Assembly (NCBI GenBank): GCA_017443595.1
Contig: JAFSYU010000033.1
Location: 201,414 to 265,413 of the forward strand
Length of the DNA: 64,000 bases
From: Clostridia bacterium
Lineage (GTDB): Bacteria; Bacillota; Clostridia; Oscillospirales; CAG-272
Direction of reading: 5' to 3'
A program made the position numbers and the translations under genes. Below, piece after piece: positions 47,748 through 58,097 of the stretch. Under the pieces are notes generated by a model. That model saw only the letters and a program-made list of their open reading frames with translations. It was not told the DNA's origin and ran no database searches. The first letter of the stretch is position 1; every line of letters starts with the position of its first letter.

Positions 47748-48971
47748 TTATTTAATTTTCCTCGCTTCAAGGTAGAAACGCTTGTCTTTTGCTTCGCCCA
47801 TGGAGAAGGTTTTGCGGGGTAGCGCACCGTCGTTTATTACGGCGGGGAACAGCTCGCTTTTTTTCATTCCCTCAAATATAATACCGATATTGCCGCCGGC
47901 CGAAAGCGCGTTTATAGAATCTAATCCGTGTATATAATCGATCTTATAGTCGCCGCCGTCAAGAAACGCCTGAAGCTCCGCTACAGGCAGCATCGTCTTC
48001 GGCTCGTTTACGTAGACCGTTTTTGTATTTCCGTCAGATACTATATCATATCTGAAACATTTGTCCGTCGGCTCACATCTTACGTCAAGTTTTGCGCTTA
48101 ATTCTTTTATAAATTCATCCGTCGTCTTGTTCTTTATAAGTCTGTAAATCGGTTCAAATTCTATCGCTTCGTCATGGATGTTGACTATCTCGACAAGCGC
48201 GTATCTGCTCGGCATATCATAAGCCGCCTCACCGTATTTATCTTTCATCTCTTCATAATACGCCTTAGCTGAGGCGAGAGAATGGTTGCCGTCGCCTACT
48301 GTCAGCCCCAGCCCGTCTTTAACACAGTTTTCTTTCAGATAATTTTGAATGTATGAAACTGTATCATTATCAAGTCCATAACCCTTTATATTGCCCGAGC
48401 CCTGCATAAGATCAAAGTCGTAGAGCATCTTAAAGCCGCTCTTTTTGCTTTGCAGATACGTCATCAACCCGTCCGTTTCATCATCGTAAAACACCATAAC
48501 GTGCGGCAGCTCCAAAAGCGCGCCGCGGCGGACTTTTACACGCGGCGGTATGCGCTCAACGACCGTCGCCTCGCTTGATCTTATAAGCGACTTTCCGCCT
48601 TTTACGTACTCGTAATCTTCAAGGTCTATCTTGCCTATTATTCCGTGTCTGATCTTGCCGTTTGACGCAAGGACGCGCTCGCAGTAGATCATACCGAAAT
48701 CAACGGGCGAAAGAACGCTTTTGCCGTATTCTTCCATTTTCTCGTGTATCTTTTCCGTCGTATCATCGGCGCGGTCAAGATATGCCTCGGGCAATATCAT
48801 ATCAAGCGTTGTGGGAGTATCGCCGGATATCTGTCGCGCCTTTTCCCAGTATTCCGGCTCGGACGTGAACTGGTCGCACGCTATTACCGCGTATTTGCTC
48901 ATTTTGTCCTTGTCTGCCGCAAAATCCGGCAGAAGCATATCGGCAGGATAAAAGAAATCTTTATTTTTCAT
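47748..48971 (-). CDS. DUF1015-family protein
   Basis: The ~400-aa size and the central GDGNHSLASAK block resemble the DUF1015 (A)DGHHR motif. The assignment is made from memory of the family pattern only. Confidence 0.55.
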   Translation of the reverse strand: MKNKDFFYPADMLLPDFAADKDKMSKYAVIACDQFTSEPEYWEKARQISGDTPTTLDMILPEAYLDRADDTTEKIHEKMEEYGKSVLSPVDFGMIYCERVLASNGKIRHGIIGKIDLEDYEYVKGGKSLIRSSEATVVERIPPRVKVRRGALLELPHVMVFYDDETDGLMTYLQSKKSGFKMLYDFDLMQGSGNIKGYGLDNDTVSYIQNYLKENCVKDGLGLTVGDGNHSLASAKAYYEEMKDKYGEAAYDMPSRYALVEIVNIHDEAIEFEPIYRLIKNKTTDEFIKELSAKLDVRCEPTDKCFRYDIVSDGNTKTVYVNEPKTMLPVAELQAFLDGGDYKIDYIHGLDSINALSAGGNIGIIFEGMKKSELFPAVINDGALPRKTFSMGEAKDKRFYLEARKIK

Positions 48972-49056
48972 AAGTCACCTTCGTATCAATTTTTCTGTAT
49001 TATAACATATATCTATGATAAAAACAAGTTTTTTTCTAAAATATAGCAAAAACATC

Positions 49057-49085
49057 TTGATTTTTGCCTTGTTTTTTGATATAAT
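49057..49085 (+). promoter_or_regulatory. Sigma-A-type promoter candidate for alaS
   Basis: TTGATT (49057-49062), 17 nt, then TATAAT (49080-49085). The leader is only about 30 nt. Confidence 0.55.
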
Positions 49086-49119
49086 ATATCAATCAAAATT
49101 ACAGAGGTAAACAATTTAT

Positions 49120-51762
49120 ATGAAATGGACGTCATTAAACGATCTGCGTGAATCATATCTGTCTTTTTTTGAAAGCAAAGGACATCTGCGCCACAAGAGC
49201 TTTCCGCTCATTCCGCCCGCGGATGATAAATCGCTGCTTTTGATAAACGCCGGTATGGCTCCGCTTAAAAAATATTTCAAGGGTGAGGAAGAGCCGCCGC
49301 GTCACAGAATGACTACCTGCCAGAAGTGCATAAGAACGCCGGATATCGAGCGCGTCGGCAAGACCGCGCGCCACGGCACGTTCTTTGAAATGCTCGGCAA
49401 CTTCAGCTTCGGTGATTATTTCAAGAAAGAAGCCACCGCCTGGGCGTGGGAATATTTAACAAAAGTTATTGAAATACCCGAGGACAGGCTTTGGGTAACT
49501 ATATATGAAGACGACGACGAGGCGTTTGATATCTGGACAAAACAGAACGGCGTTCCCGCCGACAGGATCATAAGACTCGGCAAAGAGGACAACTTCTGGG
49601 AGATCGGTTCGGGTCCGTGCGGCCCGTGTTCCGAAATTCACTTTGACCGCGGCCCGGGTTTCGGCTGCGGAAGACCTGACTGCGCCGGCGTAACGTGCGA
49701 CTGTGACAGAGTTATTGAGATATGGAACCTCGTTTTCACACAGTTTGACGGCGACGGAAACGGCAACTACACGCCGCTTGCAAAGCCGAATATTGATACC
49801 GGCATGGGTCTTGAAAGACTTGCAGTCGTTATGCAGGGCGTAAACAACCTGTTTGAAGTTGACACCGTGCAGAATATTATGAAAGCGATAAGCGATAAAG
49901 CCGGAATCAAATACGGCGAGGATGAAAAGTCCGACGTCGCTCTGCGCGTTATTACAGACCATATCAGAAGCACGTGCTTCCTCGTGTGCGACGGCGTCGT
50001 TCCGTCAAACGAAGGCAGAGGCTACGTTCTCCGCCGCCTGTTGAGACGCGCCGCGAGATACGGCAAGCTGCTCGGCATTAAAGGCACTTTCTTAGCCGAC
50101 ATCGTTCCCGTAGTAGCGCATGAAAATCTCACCGCTTATCCCGAGCTTACCGAAAAGCTCGATTATATAAAGAAGATCGTTTCCATTGAAGAAGAGAAAT
50201 TCTCAAAAACGATAGACGGCGGCACGGAAATTCTTAATTCGATAATTGACAAGACTATCGCAGCCGGAAAAGACACGCTTCCCGGTGAAGACGTGTTCAA
50301 ACTCAACGATACGTTCGGTTTCCCGCTTGATCTTACACGCGAGATCGCGGAAGAAAAAGGTCTTAAAATAGACGAAGCCGGATTTGCCGCGCTTATGGAC
50401 GAGCAGAAGCAGAGAGCCAGAAAAGCCAGAGCCGATAAAGGCGATTTCGGCTGGGCTACCGAAACGCTCGACCTGGGCGACGTTACGGGCAAGACGGAAT
50501 TTATAGGTTATACCGAAAACCGGTCTGAATCAAAAGTTCTTGCACTGATCGACGCGGACGTAAACGAAGTTACCGGTACGAAGAACGGCGGTAAAGTTAT
50601 AGTCGTTCTTGACAAAACGCCTTTCTACGGTGAAGGCGGCGGCCAGGTAGGCGATACGGGCTGTATCTGCGGCAACGGACTTAAAATCAAAGTTACCGAT
50701 ACAAAGAAGACAAACGACGGTATATATTTGCACATTGGTGAAGTTACAGAAGGTTCCGTTTCAGTCGGCGACACCGTTACGGCGGCTATCGACGCTGACA
50801 GACGCGCGTCTATAAGACGCAACCACAGCGCGGCGCATCTGCTCCAGGCGGCGCTCCGTCAGGTACTCGGCACGCACGTTGAGCAGGCGGGCTCTTACGT
50901 TGACGAAAAGCGCGTGCGTTTTGACTTCTCACACTATACCGCTATGACAAAAGAAGAAATAGCAAAGGTTGAGGAGATAGTAAACGATCAGATCCTCAAA
51001 GCTCTGCCCGTAGATACGGTCGAAACGGATATAGAGACCGCTAAAAAATCCGGCGCTATGGCGCTGTTCGGCGAGAAATACGGTGCTGTCGTAAGAATGG
51101 TAAAAATGGGCGATTTCTCAGTTGAGCTCTGCGGCGGTACGCATCTTAAAAACACCGCGGAAGCAGGACTATTCAAGATCATATCCGAATCATCCGTTGC
51201 ATCCGGCGTAAGACGTATTGAAGGCACGACGGGCAAAGGCGTGCTTGAGCTTATAGCGGAGCAGAACGAGCTTATTGAAAATACTGCAAGAGAACTGAAA
51301 ATTCAGAATCCGCACGACATTGATAAACGCGCCGCGCAGATATCAGCGGAGCTTAAAGCCGAAAAAGCGGAGAAAGAAAAACTAAACGATAAATTAGCAG
51401 CGTCCGCTGTTGAATCGCTTTTAAACAACAGAGTAAAAGCCGGCAAGTTCACGCTTATCGCGGGTCAGACGAACGGACTGACCGTAAACGCGGTTAGAGG
51501 AGTACTTGACAAGATCAAGTCCGAGCCCGACACGGTAGGCGTAATATCAACCTGTGTTGACGATAAATATAATCTTATCGTAGCCGCAAGCGACGGAGCG
51601 GTCAAGCTCGGCGCGAACGCGGGCAATATAATCAAAAAGCTTTGTGAAATAGTCGGCGGTGGCGGCGGCGGCCGTCCCGACAGCGCGACTGCGGGCGTAA
51701 AAGACGGAACAAAACTGCCCGAGGCATTTGAAAAACTGCCTATGATAATAGGCTCATTATAA
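49120..51762 (+). CDS. alaS: Alanine--tRNA ligase
   Basis: Class II AlaRS N-terminus (FFESKGHLRHKSFPLIP, FTNAGM-like INAGMAPLKKYF, TTCQKCIRT). Editing-domain HSAAHLL...CGGTH. C-terminal DHHA1-like tail with GGGGGRPD. Length 880 aa. Confidence 0.97.
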   Translation: MKWTSLNDLRESYLSFFESKGHLRHKSFPLIPPADDKSLLLINAGMAPLKKYFKGEEEPPRHRMTTCQKCIRTPDIERVGKTARHGTFFEMLGNFSFGDYFKKEATAWAWEYLTKVIEIPEDRLWVTIYEDDDEAFDIWTKQNGVPADRIIRLGKEDNFWEIGSGPCGPCSEIHFDRGPGFGCGRPDCAGVTCDCDRVIEIWNLVFTQFDGDGNGNYTPLAKPNIDTGMGLERLAVVMQGVNNLFEVDTVQNIMKAISDKAGIKYGEDEKSDVALRVITDHIRSTCFLVCDGVVPSNEGRGYVLRRLLRRAARYGKLLGIKGTFLADIVPVVAHENLTAYPELTEKLDYIKKIVSIEEEKFSKTIDGGTEILNSIIDKTIAAGKDTLPGEDVFKLNDTFGFPLDLTREIAEEKGLKIDEAGFAALMDEQKQRARKARADKGDFGWATETLDLGDVTGKTEFIGYTENRSESKVLALIDADVNEVTGTKNGGKVIVVLDKTPFYGEGGGQVGDTGCICGNGLKIKVTDTKKTNDGIYLHIGEVTEGSVSVGDTVTAAIDADRRASIRRNHSAAHLLQAALRQVLGTHVEQAGSYVDEKRVRFDFSHYTAMTKEEIAKVEEIVNDQILKALPVDTVETDIETAKKSGAMALFGEKYGAVVRMVKMGDFSVELCGGTHLKNTAEAGLFKIISESSVASGVRRIEGTTGKGVLELIAEQNELIENTARELKIQNPHDIDKRAAQISAELKAEKAEKEKLNDKLAASAVESLLNNRVKAGKFTLIAGQTNGLTVNAVRGVLDKIKSEPDTVGVISTCVDDKYNLIVAASDGAVKLGANAGNIIKKLCEIVGGGGGGRPDSATAGVKDGTKLPEAFEKLPMIIGSL

Positions 51763-51788
51763 TTAAATAAACAGGAGGATCTTAAAAA

Positions 51789-52268
51789 ATGGCAGAAGAA
51801 AAAAAAGGATTCTTTAAAGAATTCAAAGAGTTCATTTCAAAAGGCAACATAGTTGATATGGCTGTCGGCGTCATCATCGGCGGAGCCTTCGGAAAGATCG
51901 TAACGAGTCTCGTTAACGACATCGTTATGCCTCCGATAGGTCTTGCGATAGGCGGTGTGAATTTTTCCGAATTAAAAGCCGTTATAAAAGCAGCGGAACT
52001 TGACGCAGCCGGCGAAGTTGTAAAAGAAGCGGTAACGATAAACTACGGCAACTTTATCCAGCTTATCCTTGAATTCCTTATAATTGCTCTGTGTGTATTC
52101 CTCGTACTTAAAGCTATAATGAAAGCAAAATCACTTGCCGAAAAGATGAAGAAGAAAGAGGAAGAAGAACCCGCTCCCGAACCCGAGCCTGAGCCCGAAC
52201 CCGAGCCCAGTGAAGAAGTTCTCCTTCTCCGTGAGATCAGAGACGCGTTAAAGGATAAAAAAGAATAA
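51789..52268 (+). CDS. mscL: Large-conductance mechanosensitive channel MscL with an acidic Glu/Pro-rich C-terminal extension
   Basis: [40 protein letters not shown] is the canonical MscL TM1 region. An (EP)n tract is encoded at 52167-52208. Confidence 0.93.
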   Translation: MAEEKKGFFKEFKEFISKGNIVDMAVGVIIGGAFGKIVTSLVNDIVMPPIGLAIGGVNFSELKAVIKAAELDAAGEVVKEAVTINYGNFIQLILEFLIIALCVFLVLKAIMKAKSLAEKMKKKEEEEPAPEPEPEPEPEPSEEVLLLREIRDALKDKKE

Positions 52269-52609
52269 TGACAGATTGCCTGTTTTGTAAAATCATTGCG
52301 GGGGATATTCCGTCAAACAAAGTATACGAGGACGATCTTGTATTCGCGTTCCGTGATATAAACCCGCAGGCTCCTACACATATACTCGTAGTTCCTAAGG
52401 AGCATATAGCTTCCGCCGCCGATATCACAAAAAATAACAGCGCGGTCATAGCGCATATATTTGAAGTGATACCGCAGATAGCAAAAAGTGAAGGACTTAA
52501 AAACGGTTTCCGCGTTATTACCAACAGCGGACCGGACGCATGTCAGAGCGTACATCATATTCACTTCCATATTTTGGGTGGAGAACAGATGTCAGATAAA
52601 ATGGCATAA
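52268..52609 (+). CDS. HIT-family (histidine triad nucleotide-binding) protein
   Basis: CLFCKII start and histidine triad VHHIHFHILGG. Confidence 0.92.
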   Translation: MTDCLFCKIIAGDIPSNKVYEDDLVFAFRDINPQAPTHILVVPKEHIASAADITKNNSAVIAHIFEVIPQIAKSEGLKNGFRVITNSGPDACQSVHHIHFHILGGEQMSDKMA

Positions 52610-52619
52610 ATATAACAAT

Positions 52620-52645
52620 ACCGGGTGCCGAAAACGGCACCCGGT
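52620..52645. terminator. Bidirectional terminator between convergent genes
   Basis: accgggtgccg-aaaa-cggcacccggt, followed by gattttattt. Confidence 0.75.
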
Positions 52646-52662
52646 GATTTTATTTATTCTTA

Positions 52663-54162
52663 TCAGGTCGATGAATTCTTATAAGCGTCGATATATTTGT
52701 TGATAGCTTTTGTTGCGGATTTGGACGCGCTCTTATACCATTTTGCAAAAGAGCCGGTACCTTTCTTGATCTGTCCTATGAAGGAATCGTCAATTCCGCC
52801 CCAACGTGCGTAATAACCGAGGTCCCAAAGTCTGTTTCTGAAAACGATGTCAAGCATATCCCAGGAATCGGCGTCACGCTGAGATTTACGCTTCAGAGTC
52901 TGCTCATAGTATGCGGGAGTTACGGTCTTGTAGGACTCGGAGCAGAGAGCTTCAAGAGCAAAACCGGTGAATTCCGTACGCTTGTTCATAACGGGTATTA
53001 CGAACAGAGCAGCGCCGTGGTAAACGTAAGAATAGTAATCTTTCTGATTTTCGTCGTATTTCGGTGTGGGAAGTACGCCGAAGTCAGCATCCATTTCTCT
53101 TAAGCCGAGTATGTTGGCGGCGTTTGAGAGATAGAACAGGCAGCGGTTTTCTTTGAACGCGACCGTTGAAGCAAAGCCTTCGTTAGTTGAATAAGGCGGT
53201 TCTTGTAAGTGATCGTGAGCGTCAATGGTCTTGTTGTCAAGTCTTGTAAGATCATAGATCTTGTCTATAACGGATACGTTCTTTTCGGTGTTGAGTGCGA
53301 GGTAAGGCATCTGGTCAGTGTCTTTAAGGACCATACGTCCGCCGGCTCCGAAATAGAAAGCAAGGTAAGCTTCTATCTGGATACCCATACCGTAAATGTC
53401 GTATACACCGACTTTGGAGTCGCCGTCAAAGTCCTGATAGCCGTGCTCTTTGATTATGTTGTTGAGATAATCAAGAGTCCATTTTCCGTCGCGTACTACC
53501 TGATAAAGATCTTCAAGGTCGTAGTCGGAAGCAAGCTTCTTGTTGAACATCATAAGGAACGTACCGGCGTTTGCTTTTGTGGATATATCACCGGTTATGT
53601 AGAACAGTTTGTTGTCTATTGAAAGACCTTCAAACAGACCCTGGTCCCAATAATGCTTGCTTAAGTTTAAGTTTTCTATCGTTGTAAGATCCTGGAAAAT
53701 GTTTTCGGACGCAAGCGGGCAAGCCTCATATGCGCAGAATGCAGCAACGTCATAATCGGATATACCGGATTTGAAAGCATTCTTTATGGTTGTCTGAACA
53801 GTAGCGTCTTCAACTACTTCAATCTTGAATCCGTATTTGGATTCAACCGCTAAGTTTCTGTTGTAGATAGCGGAATCAACGGGGTCTTCGGAGTCTTCTT
53901 CTCTCCAAAGGTCGTCTGCCGGCCAGAAACCGCTGTTAGCAAGTATAGTCAGTTTCTCGCCTTTGAACTGAGTTGCTTTTGCGACCGTATCGGGATCCAT
54001 AACGTAATTTTCATCTTCCGTTTCAACAGGATCGGTCTCAGCTTCGGTACCTGCTTCGGTAGTTACGTCTGCTGCATTGGTTTCCTGCGTATTGTTGGCG
54101 CAAGCCGTAAACGCAGAGATAACGAACAGAGCGCAAAGCAAGATAATCAGTGATTTTTTCAT
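52663..54162 (-). CDS. ABC transporter extracellular solute-binding lipoprotein (carbohydrate type)
   Basis: Lipobox FTAC and an acidic linker. The ~500-aa size and sequence pattern match family-1 sugar-binding proteins. Confidence 0.7.
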   Translation of the reverse strand: MKKSLIILLCALFVISAFTACANNTQETNAADVTTEAGTEAETDPVETEDENYVMDPDTVAKATQFKGEKLTILANSGFWPADDLWREEDSEDPVDSAIYNRNLAVESKYGFKIEVVEDATVQTTIKNAFKSGISDYDVAAFCAYEACPLASENIFQDLTTIENLNLSKHYWDQGLFEGLSIDNKLFYITGDISTKANAGTFLMMFNKKLASDYDLEDLYQVVRDGKWTLDYLNNIIKEHGYQDFDGDSKVGVYDIYGMGIQIEAYLAFYFGAGGRMVLKDTDQMPYLALNTEKNVSVIDKIYDLTRLDNKTIDAHDHLQEPPYSTNEGFASTVAFKENRCLFYLSNAANILGLREMDADFGVLPTPKYDENQKDYYSYVYHGAALFVIPVMNKRTEFTGFALEALCSESYKTVTPAYYEQTLKRKSQRDADSWDMLDIVFRNRLWDLGYYARWGGIDDSFIGQIKKGTGSFAKWYKSASKSATKAINKYIDAYKNSST

Positions 54163-54194
54163 TAAGTGTCCTCCTTTTTTTAATTTTGAAAAAA

Positions 54195-54428
54195 TCAGTG
54201 TTCCGGTATGATCCCGGAAAGATATTCAACAACGTCGTTTACGGTTATAAAACTCTGTAAAGCATCGTCGTCAATTTCAATATCGTATTTGTCCTCGCAG
54301 TAGAGAACAAGGTCCGCAAGCTCAAGAGAGTTGATCCCCAGATCGTTCGCGAGCTGTGCGTCGGGCTTGACAAGTTCGGGGTCAATCTCAAGCTTATCGA
54401 TCAAAAGTTGTCTGAATTCTTCGTACAT
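54195..54428 (-). CDS. Acyl carrier protein (stand-alone phosphopantetheine-binding domain)
   Basis: A 77-aa acidic protein. LGINSLELADLV carries the conserved Ser attachment site. Confidence 0.8.
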   Translation of the reverse strand: MYEEFRQLLIDKLEIDPELVKPDAQLANDLGINSLELADLVLYCEDKYDIEIDDDALQSFITVNDVVEYLSGIIPEH

Positions 54429-54446
54429 ACACTACCTCCAAATTTT

Positions 54447-56156
54447 TCACTTTAAGAGAAAACGCTTGATCTTTCTTGTCGTCGTTTTTTCAAATTCGCT
54501 GTCACGGATCTCAAGCGCCGTGATATGCTTGAAAGTCGGAAGACTTTTGTTTATCAAGTTTATTTCAGAGAATATTTTCTCATAAAGTTCTTTTTCATCC
54601 ATTTTGCCGCATACGTCTTTATCCGGATATATGAGCGCCGTAATGACGATGCCGGAATCGGTCTTTCTGCCTATGACCGCGGCTTCTTTGATTATATCGC
54701 ATTTGCTCAAATATTCTTCAAGCTCTTCCGGATATACGTTTTTGCCGTTTGACGTGATTATCACGTTTTTCTTTCTGCCGGTTATATAAACGAAATTATC
54801 TTTATCAATGTGACCTATATCGCCGGTCTTGAACCAGCCGTCGTCCGTAAAAGCGTCTTTTGTAGCTACTTCGTTTTTGTAGTATCCCATAAACACGTTG
54901 CCGCCGCGAACCTGTATCTCACCGTCACCGGTGTCCGCGGGATCGGCGATACGCGCTTCAAGCCCGTCCGCGACAAGACCCGCGGAGCCGAATTTACGCC
55001 ATTTGAAAGGATTTACGGAGATAAGCGGACAGCATTCTGTAATGCCGTAGCCTTCAACCACCGTTATGCCGAAAGCGTCAAAATCGCGGATTATCTCCGG
55101 ATCGAGAGGCGCGCCGCCGACGATTATGTGTTTGAGATTACCGCCAAAGCTGTTTAAGATCTTTTCAAACAGCGTCTTTCTCATATCTATGCCGGCCTTG
55201 CGCATGGCGTTTGACATCTTCATCAAAGACCGGACCTGTTTTTCTTTGCCCTGTTTGCGTATGCCTTCCCAGATCTTTTTGTCCATCGTTTCAAGGAAAA
55301 GCGGAACGAGGATAAGGCACGTCGGTTTTACTTCAGTGATATTCTTGAACGTGTGCTTGAGCGAATCGTTCAAAAACGTTGTGCCGCCTATGAAAGACAT
55401 GGCAAGGTGGTTTGTCGTAAGAGAAAAGGTATGGTGTATGGGCAAAACGGAAACGAATACGTCGCTTTCATCGTTAGTGACCATTTTAGAGCATTGAATG
55501 ACTGAAAACAGGATATTGTATTCGCTTAACATAACGCCTTTGCTCGTCCCGGTAGTGCCGGACGTGAAGAGAATACATGACAGCGATCTGTCGTCTCTTT
55601 CGGCATTTTGAAACCTGTCGTCTCCTTTTTCTATAAGCGCCCTGCCTTTTTCCGCCAGATCTTCAAATCTAAGCACACGGCTGTCAAGCGCCCGATCCTC
55701 CTCGGAAAGAGGACCTATGACGATTATATGTTTGATCCTGTCAAGCGATTTGAGATTATCTGAAAGCATTTTAAGCTCTCTGCTTGAAACTATGACCGCT
55801 TCCGATTCCGTGATATCTATAAACGAAGTAAGCTGATCCGGCAAAAGCTCCTTGTCAAGCGGTACAATGACTCCGCCGGCCGCTATAACAGCTTCAAAAG
55901 AAACTATCCAGAAAGGATGCTGATCACAGCAAAGCGAAACGCTTTTACCGTTAAGCCCGAGATCGAACAGAGCGGTGCCGAAAGCATCAAACGTGTTTTT
56001 ATGATCTATGTAAGAATAAGATTTCTTTTCCTTATTTTCAATGTAAACGTAAAGGGGCTTATCACCGAATTTTTCGGCGTTTTTATAGACCATTTCCTTA
56101 ACGGAATGAAGAGGATCAAACTCACGCGGAATAAATTTACTTTTCAAAATGACCAC
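54447..56156 (-). CDS. AMP-dependent synthetase/ligase (long-chain fatty-acid-CoA ligase / acyl-ACP synthetase-like)
   Basis: AMP-binding motif ILFTSGTTGTSKGVMLS, and later GWFKTGDIG and the KIKR-type end (TRKIKR). Confidence 0.85.
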   Translation of the reverse strand: MVILKSKFIPREFDPLHSVKEMVYKNAEKFGDKPLYVYIENKEKKSYSYIDHKNTFDAFGTALFDLGLNGKSVSLCCDQHPFWIVSFEAVIAAGGVIVPLDKELLPDQLTSFIDITESEAVIVSSRELKMLSDNLKSLDRIKHIIVIGPLSEEDRALDSRVLRFEDLAEKGRALIEKGDDRFQNAERDDRSLSCILFTSGTTGTSKGVMLSEYNILFSVIQCSKMVTNDESDVFVSVLPIHHTFSLTTNHLAMSFIGGTTFLNDSLKHTFKNITEVKPTCLILVPLFLETMDKKIWEGIRKQGKEKQVRSLMKMSNAMRKAGIDMRKTLFEKILNSFGGNLKHIIVGGAPLDPEIIRDFDAFGITVVEGYGITECCPLISVNPFKWRKFGSAGLVADGLEARIADPADTGDGEIQVRGGNVFMGYYKNEVATKDAFTDDGWFKTGDIGHIDKDNFVYITGRKKNVIITSNGKNVYPEELEEYLSKCDIIKEAAVIGRKTDSGIVITALIYPDKDVCGKMDEKELYEKIFSEINLINKSLPTFKHITALEIRDSEFEKTTTRKIKRFLLK

Positions 56157-56404
56157 CGTATAATTTGATTTGCGCGTTTCAAATAAACATAATTACGCAC
56201 TATAAACAACATTATATACAAAAAATCAGATTTGTCAAGTTATCAAATGTATCTTTTTATTTTTCTATACTTAATTTATAATATTTAAATAAATTTTCAT
56301 AAGAAAATTCAGTAAATTTATCCTTTTTTTATATTGCGTATTGTAAATAATTGTAGTAAAATGTATCTGGTAAAAAATATACCATACGGAAAGAGTGAAA
56401 ACAG

Positions 56405-58069
56405 GTGCGGTACTACAAAAGATTTGTTGATGAAACATTTGACAAAAACGGGAATTTATCATCATACAGCATAAAAGATAATATAGATTTCAATTTCGGT
56501 TATGACCACGTTGATTATGTTGCTGAACGCGAGCCGGACAGACTTGCGATAATGTATGTTAACGATAAAGGCTTTGAAAAGAAAATAACATATAAGGAAT
56601 GGTCGGAAAAAAGTAACGCTCTGGCGTCGTTTTTTATGAGTATAGGGGTAAAAAAAGGCGACAGGGTCATGCTTGTAATGAAGCGTAATTACGAGTTCTG
56701 GTATACTTACGTGTCGCTTCATAAGATCGGCGCTGTTGCCATACCGGCAACGTATCAGTTACAGGATAAAGACTATATATACAGATTCAACGCCGCGGGC
56801 GTGTCCGCTATCGTAGCGACCGGCGATCCGCAGGTCATTGAACATATTGAAAACGCGTGTGCCGCAACGGATACGATAAAGAATAAGATCATCTGCCGCG
56901 GTGAGCGTGAAGGCTGGCTTTCGTTTGACAAAGGTATTGAAAACGCGGCACCGTTCGTTAAACCGAGCGGCGACGATATGCCGAAGAGCACGGACAGAAT
57001 GCTTATTTTCTTCACGTCCGGCACAAACGGTATGCCGAAAATGGCGACGCATAATTTCTTGTATCCGCTGTCGCATATATTTACCGGCGTTTACTGGCAC
57101 AGAGTTATTGACGGCGGTCTGCATATAACCGTTGCCGATACAGGCTGGGCGAAGACCGGCTGGGGCAAAATGTACGGACAGCTTATAGGCGGCTCGGCTC
57201 AGCTCGTTTACGACCATGAAAAATTCAACGCGGCGGAAATGCTTGAAATGCTGCAGAAATACAAACCCACAACTTTCTGCGCTCCGCCTACGATATACAG
57301 ATTTTTGATAAAAGAAGATTTAAAGAAATACGATCTTTCGTCAATTAAAAACGCCGCGATAGCCGGCGAAGCGCTGAATCCGGAAGTTTTCAATCAGTTT
57401 AAGGAAGCTACCGGATTGAAACTGATGGAGGGTTTCGGTCAGTCGGAATCGTCCGTTATAGTCTGCACTCCGTATTTTACGGAGCCGAAAGTCGGATCCA
57501 TGGGACTTCCCGTGCCTTATCTTGACGTTGATATAGTAAACGAAAACGGAAAATCAGTAGCTCCCGGTGAAAACGGAGAGATAGTCATAAGAAAACGTGA
57601 CGGCAAACATCCCGCCGGACTTCTCATTGAGTATTACAGAGATCCGGAAAGTACCGCAAAGGTATGGGAAGGCGGATATTACCACACGGGAGATATAGCG
57701 TGGCGCGACGAAGACGGATATTACTGGTACGTCGGCAGAAAAGACGACGTTATAAAGTCTTCCGGTTACCGTATAGGCCCGTTTGAGGTCGAAAGCGTTA
57801 TTATGGAGCATCCCGCTGTGCTTGAATGCGCGGTAACGGGCGTTCCGCACGAGATACGCGGTATGGTGGTCAAAGCGACGATCGTTTTGACAAAAGGCTA
57901 TAAGCCGTCAGACGAGCTTGCAAAAGAAATACAGAATTACGTCAAAACGCACACCGCGCCTTACAAGTATCCGAGAATAGTTGAATTTGTTGACGAGCTT
58001 CCGAAGACCACGAGCGGAAAAATAAAACGTGTAGACATCCGTAACAAGGATTTTACAAATAAACAGTAA
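56405..58069 (+). CDS. Acyl-CoA synthetase (AMP-forming, medium-chain/ACSM-like)
   Basis: IFFTSGTNGMPKMATH, YHTGDIAWRDEDGYYWYVGRKDD, and SGKIKR. The GTG start at 56405 is uncertain. Confidence 0.82.
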   Translation: MRYYKRFVDETFDKNGNLSSYSIKDNIDFNFGYDHVDYVAEREPDRLAIMYVNDKGFEKKITYKEWSEKSNALASFFMSIGVKKGDRVMLVMKRNYEFWYTYVSLHKIGAVAIPATYQLQDKDYIYRFNAAGVSAIVATGDPQVIEHIENACAATDTIKNKIICRGEREGWLSFDKGIENAAPFVKPSGDDMPKSTDRMLIFFTSGTNGMPKMATHNFLYPLSHIFTGVYWHRVIDGGLHITVADTGWAKTGWGKMYGQLIGGSAQLVYDHEKFNAAEMLEMLQKYKPTTFCAPPTIYRFLIKEDLKKYDLSSIKNAAIAGEALNPEVFNQFKEATGLKLMEGFGQSESSVIVCTPYFTEPKVGSMGLPVPYLDVDIVNENGKSVAPGENGEIVIRKRDGKHPAGLLIEYYRDPESTAKVWEGGYYHTGDIAWRDEDGYYWYVGRKDDVIKSSGYRIGPFEVESVIMEHPAVLECAVTGVPHEIRGMVVKATIVLTKGYKPSDELAKEIQNYVKTHTAPYKYPRIVEFVDELPKTTSGKIKRVDIRNKDFTNKQ

Positions 58070-58097
58070 GTAATTTAAAACATAAAGGAGTAAAGTT

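Noticed and set aside
48972-49119. A T-box leader upstream of alaS, which is common for aminoacyl-tRNA synthetase genes in Firmicutes.
   Set aside because: Only 148 bp separate alaS from the divergent gene. A good TTGATT-17-TATAAT promoter ends about 34 nt before the ATG. There is no T-box sequence (AAxxGGGTGGxACCxCG-like), specifier loop or terminator/antiterminator pair.
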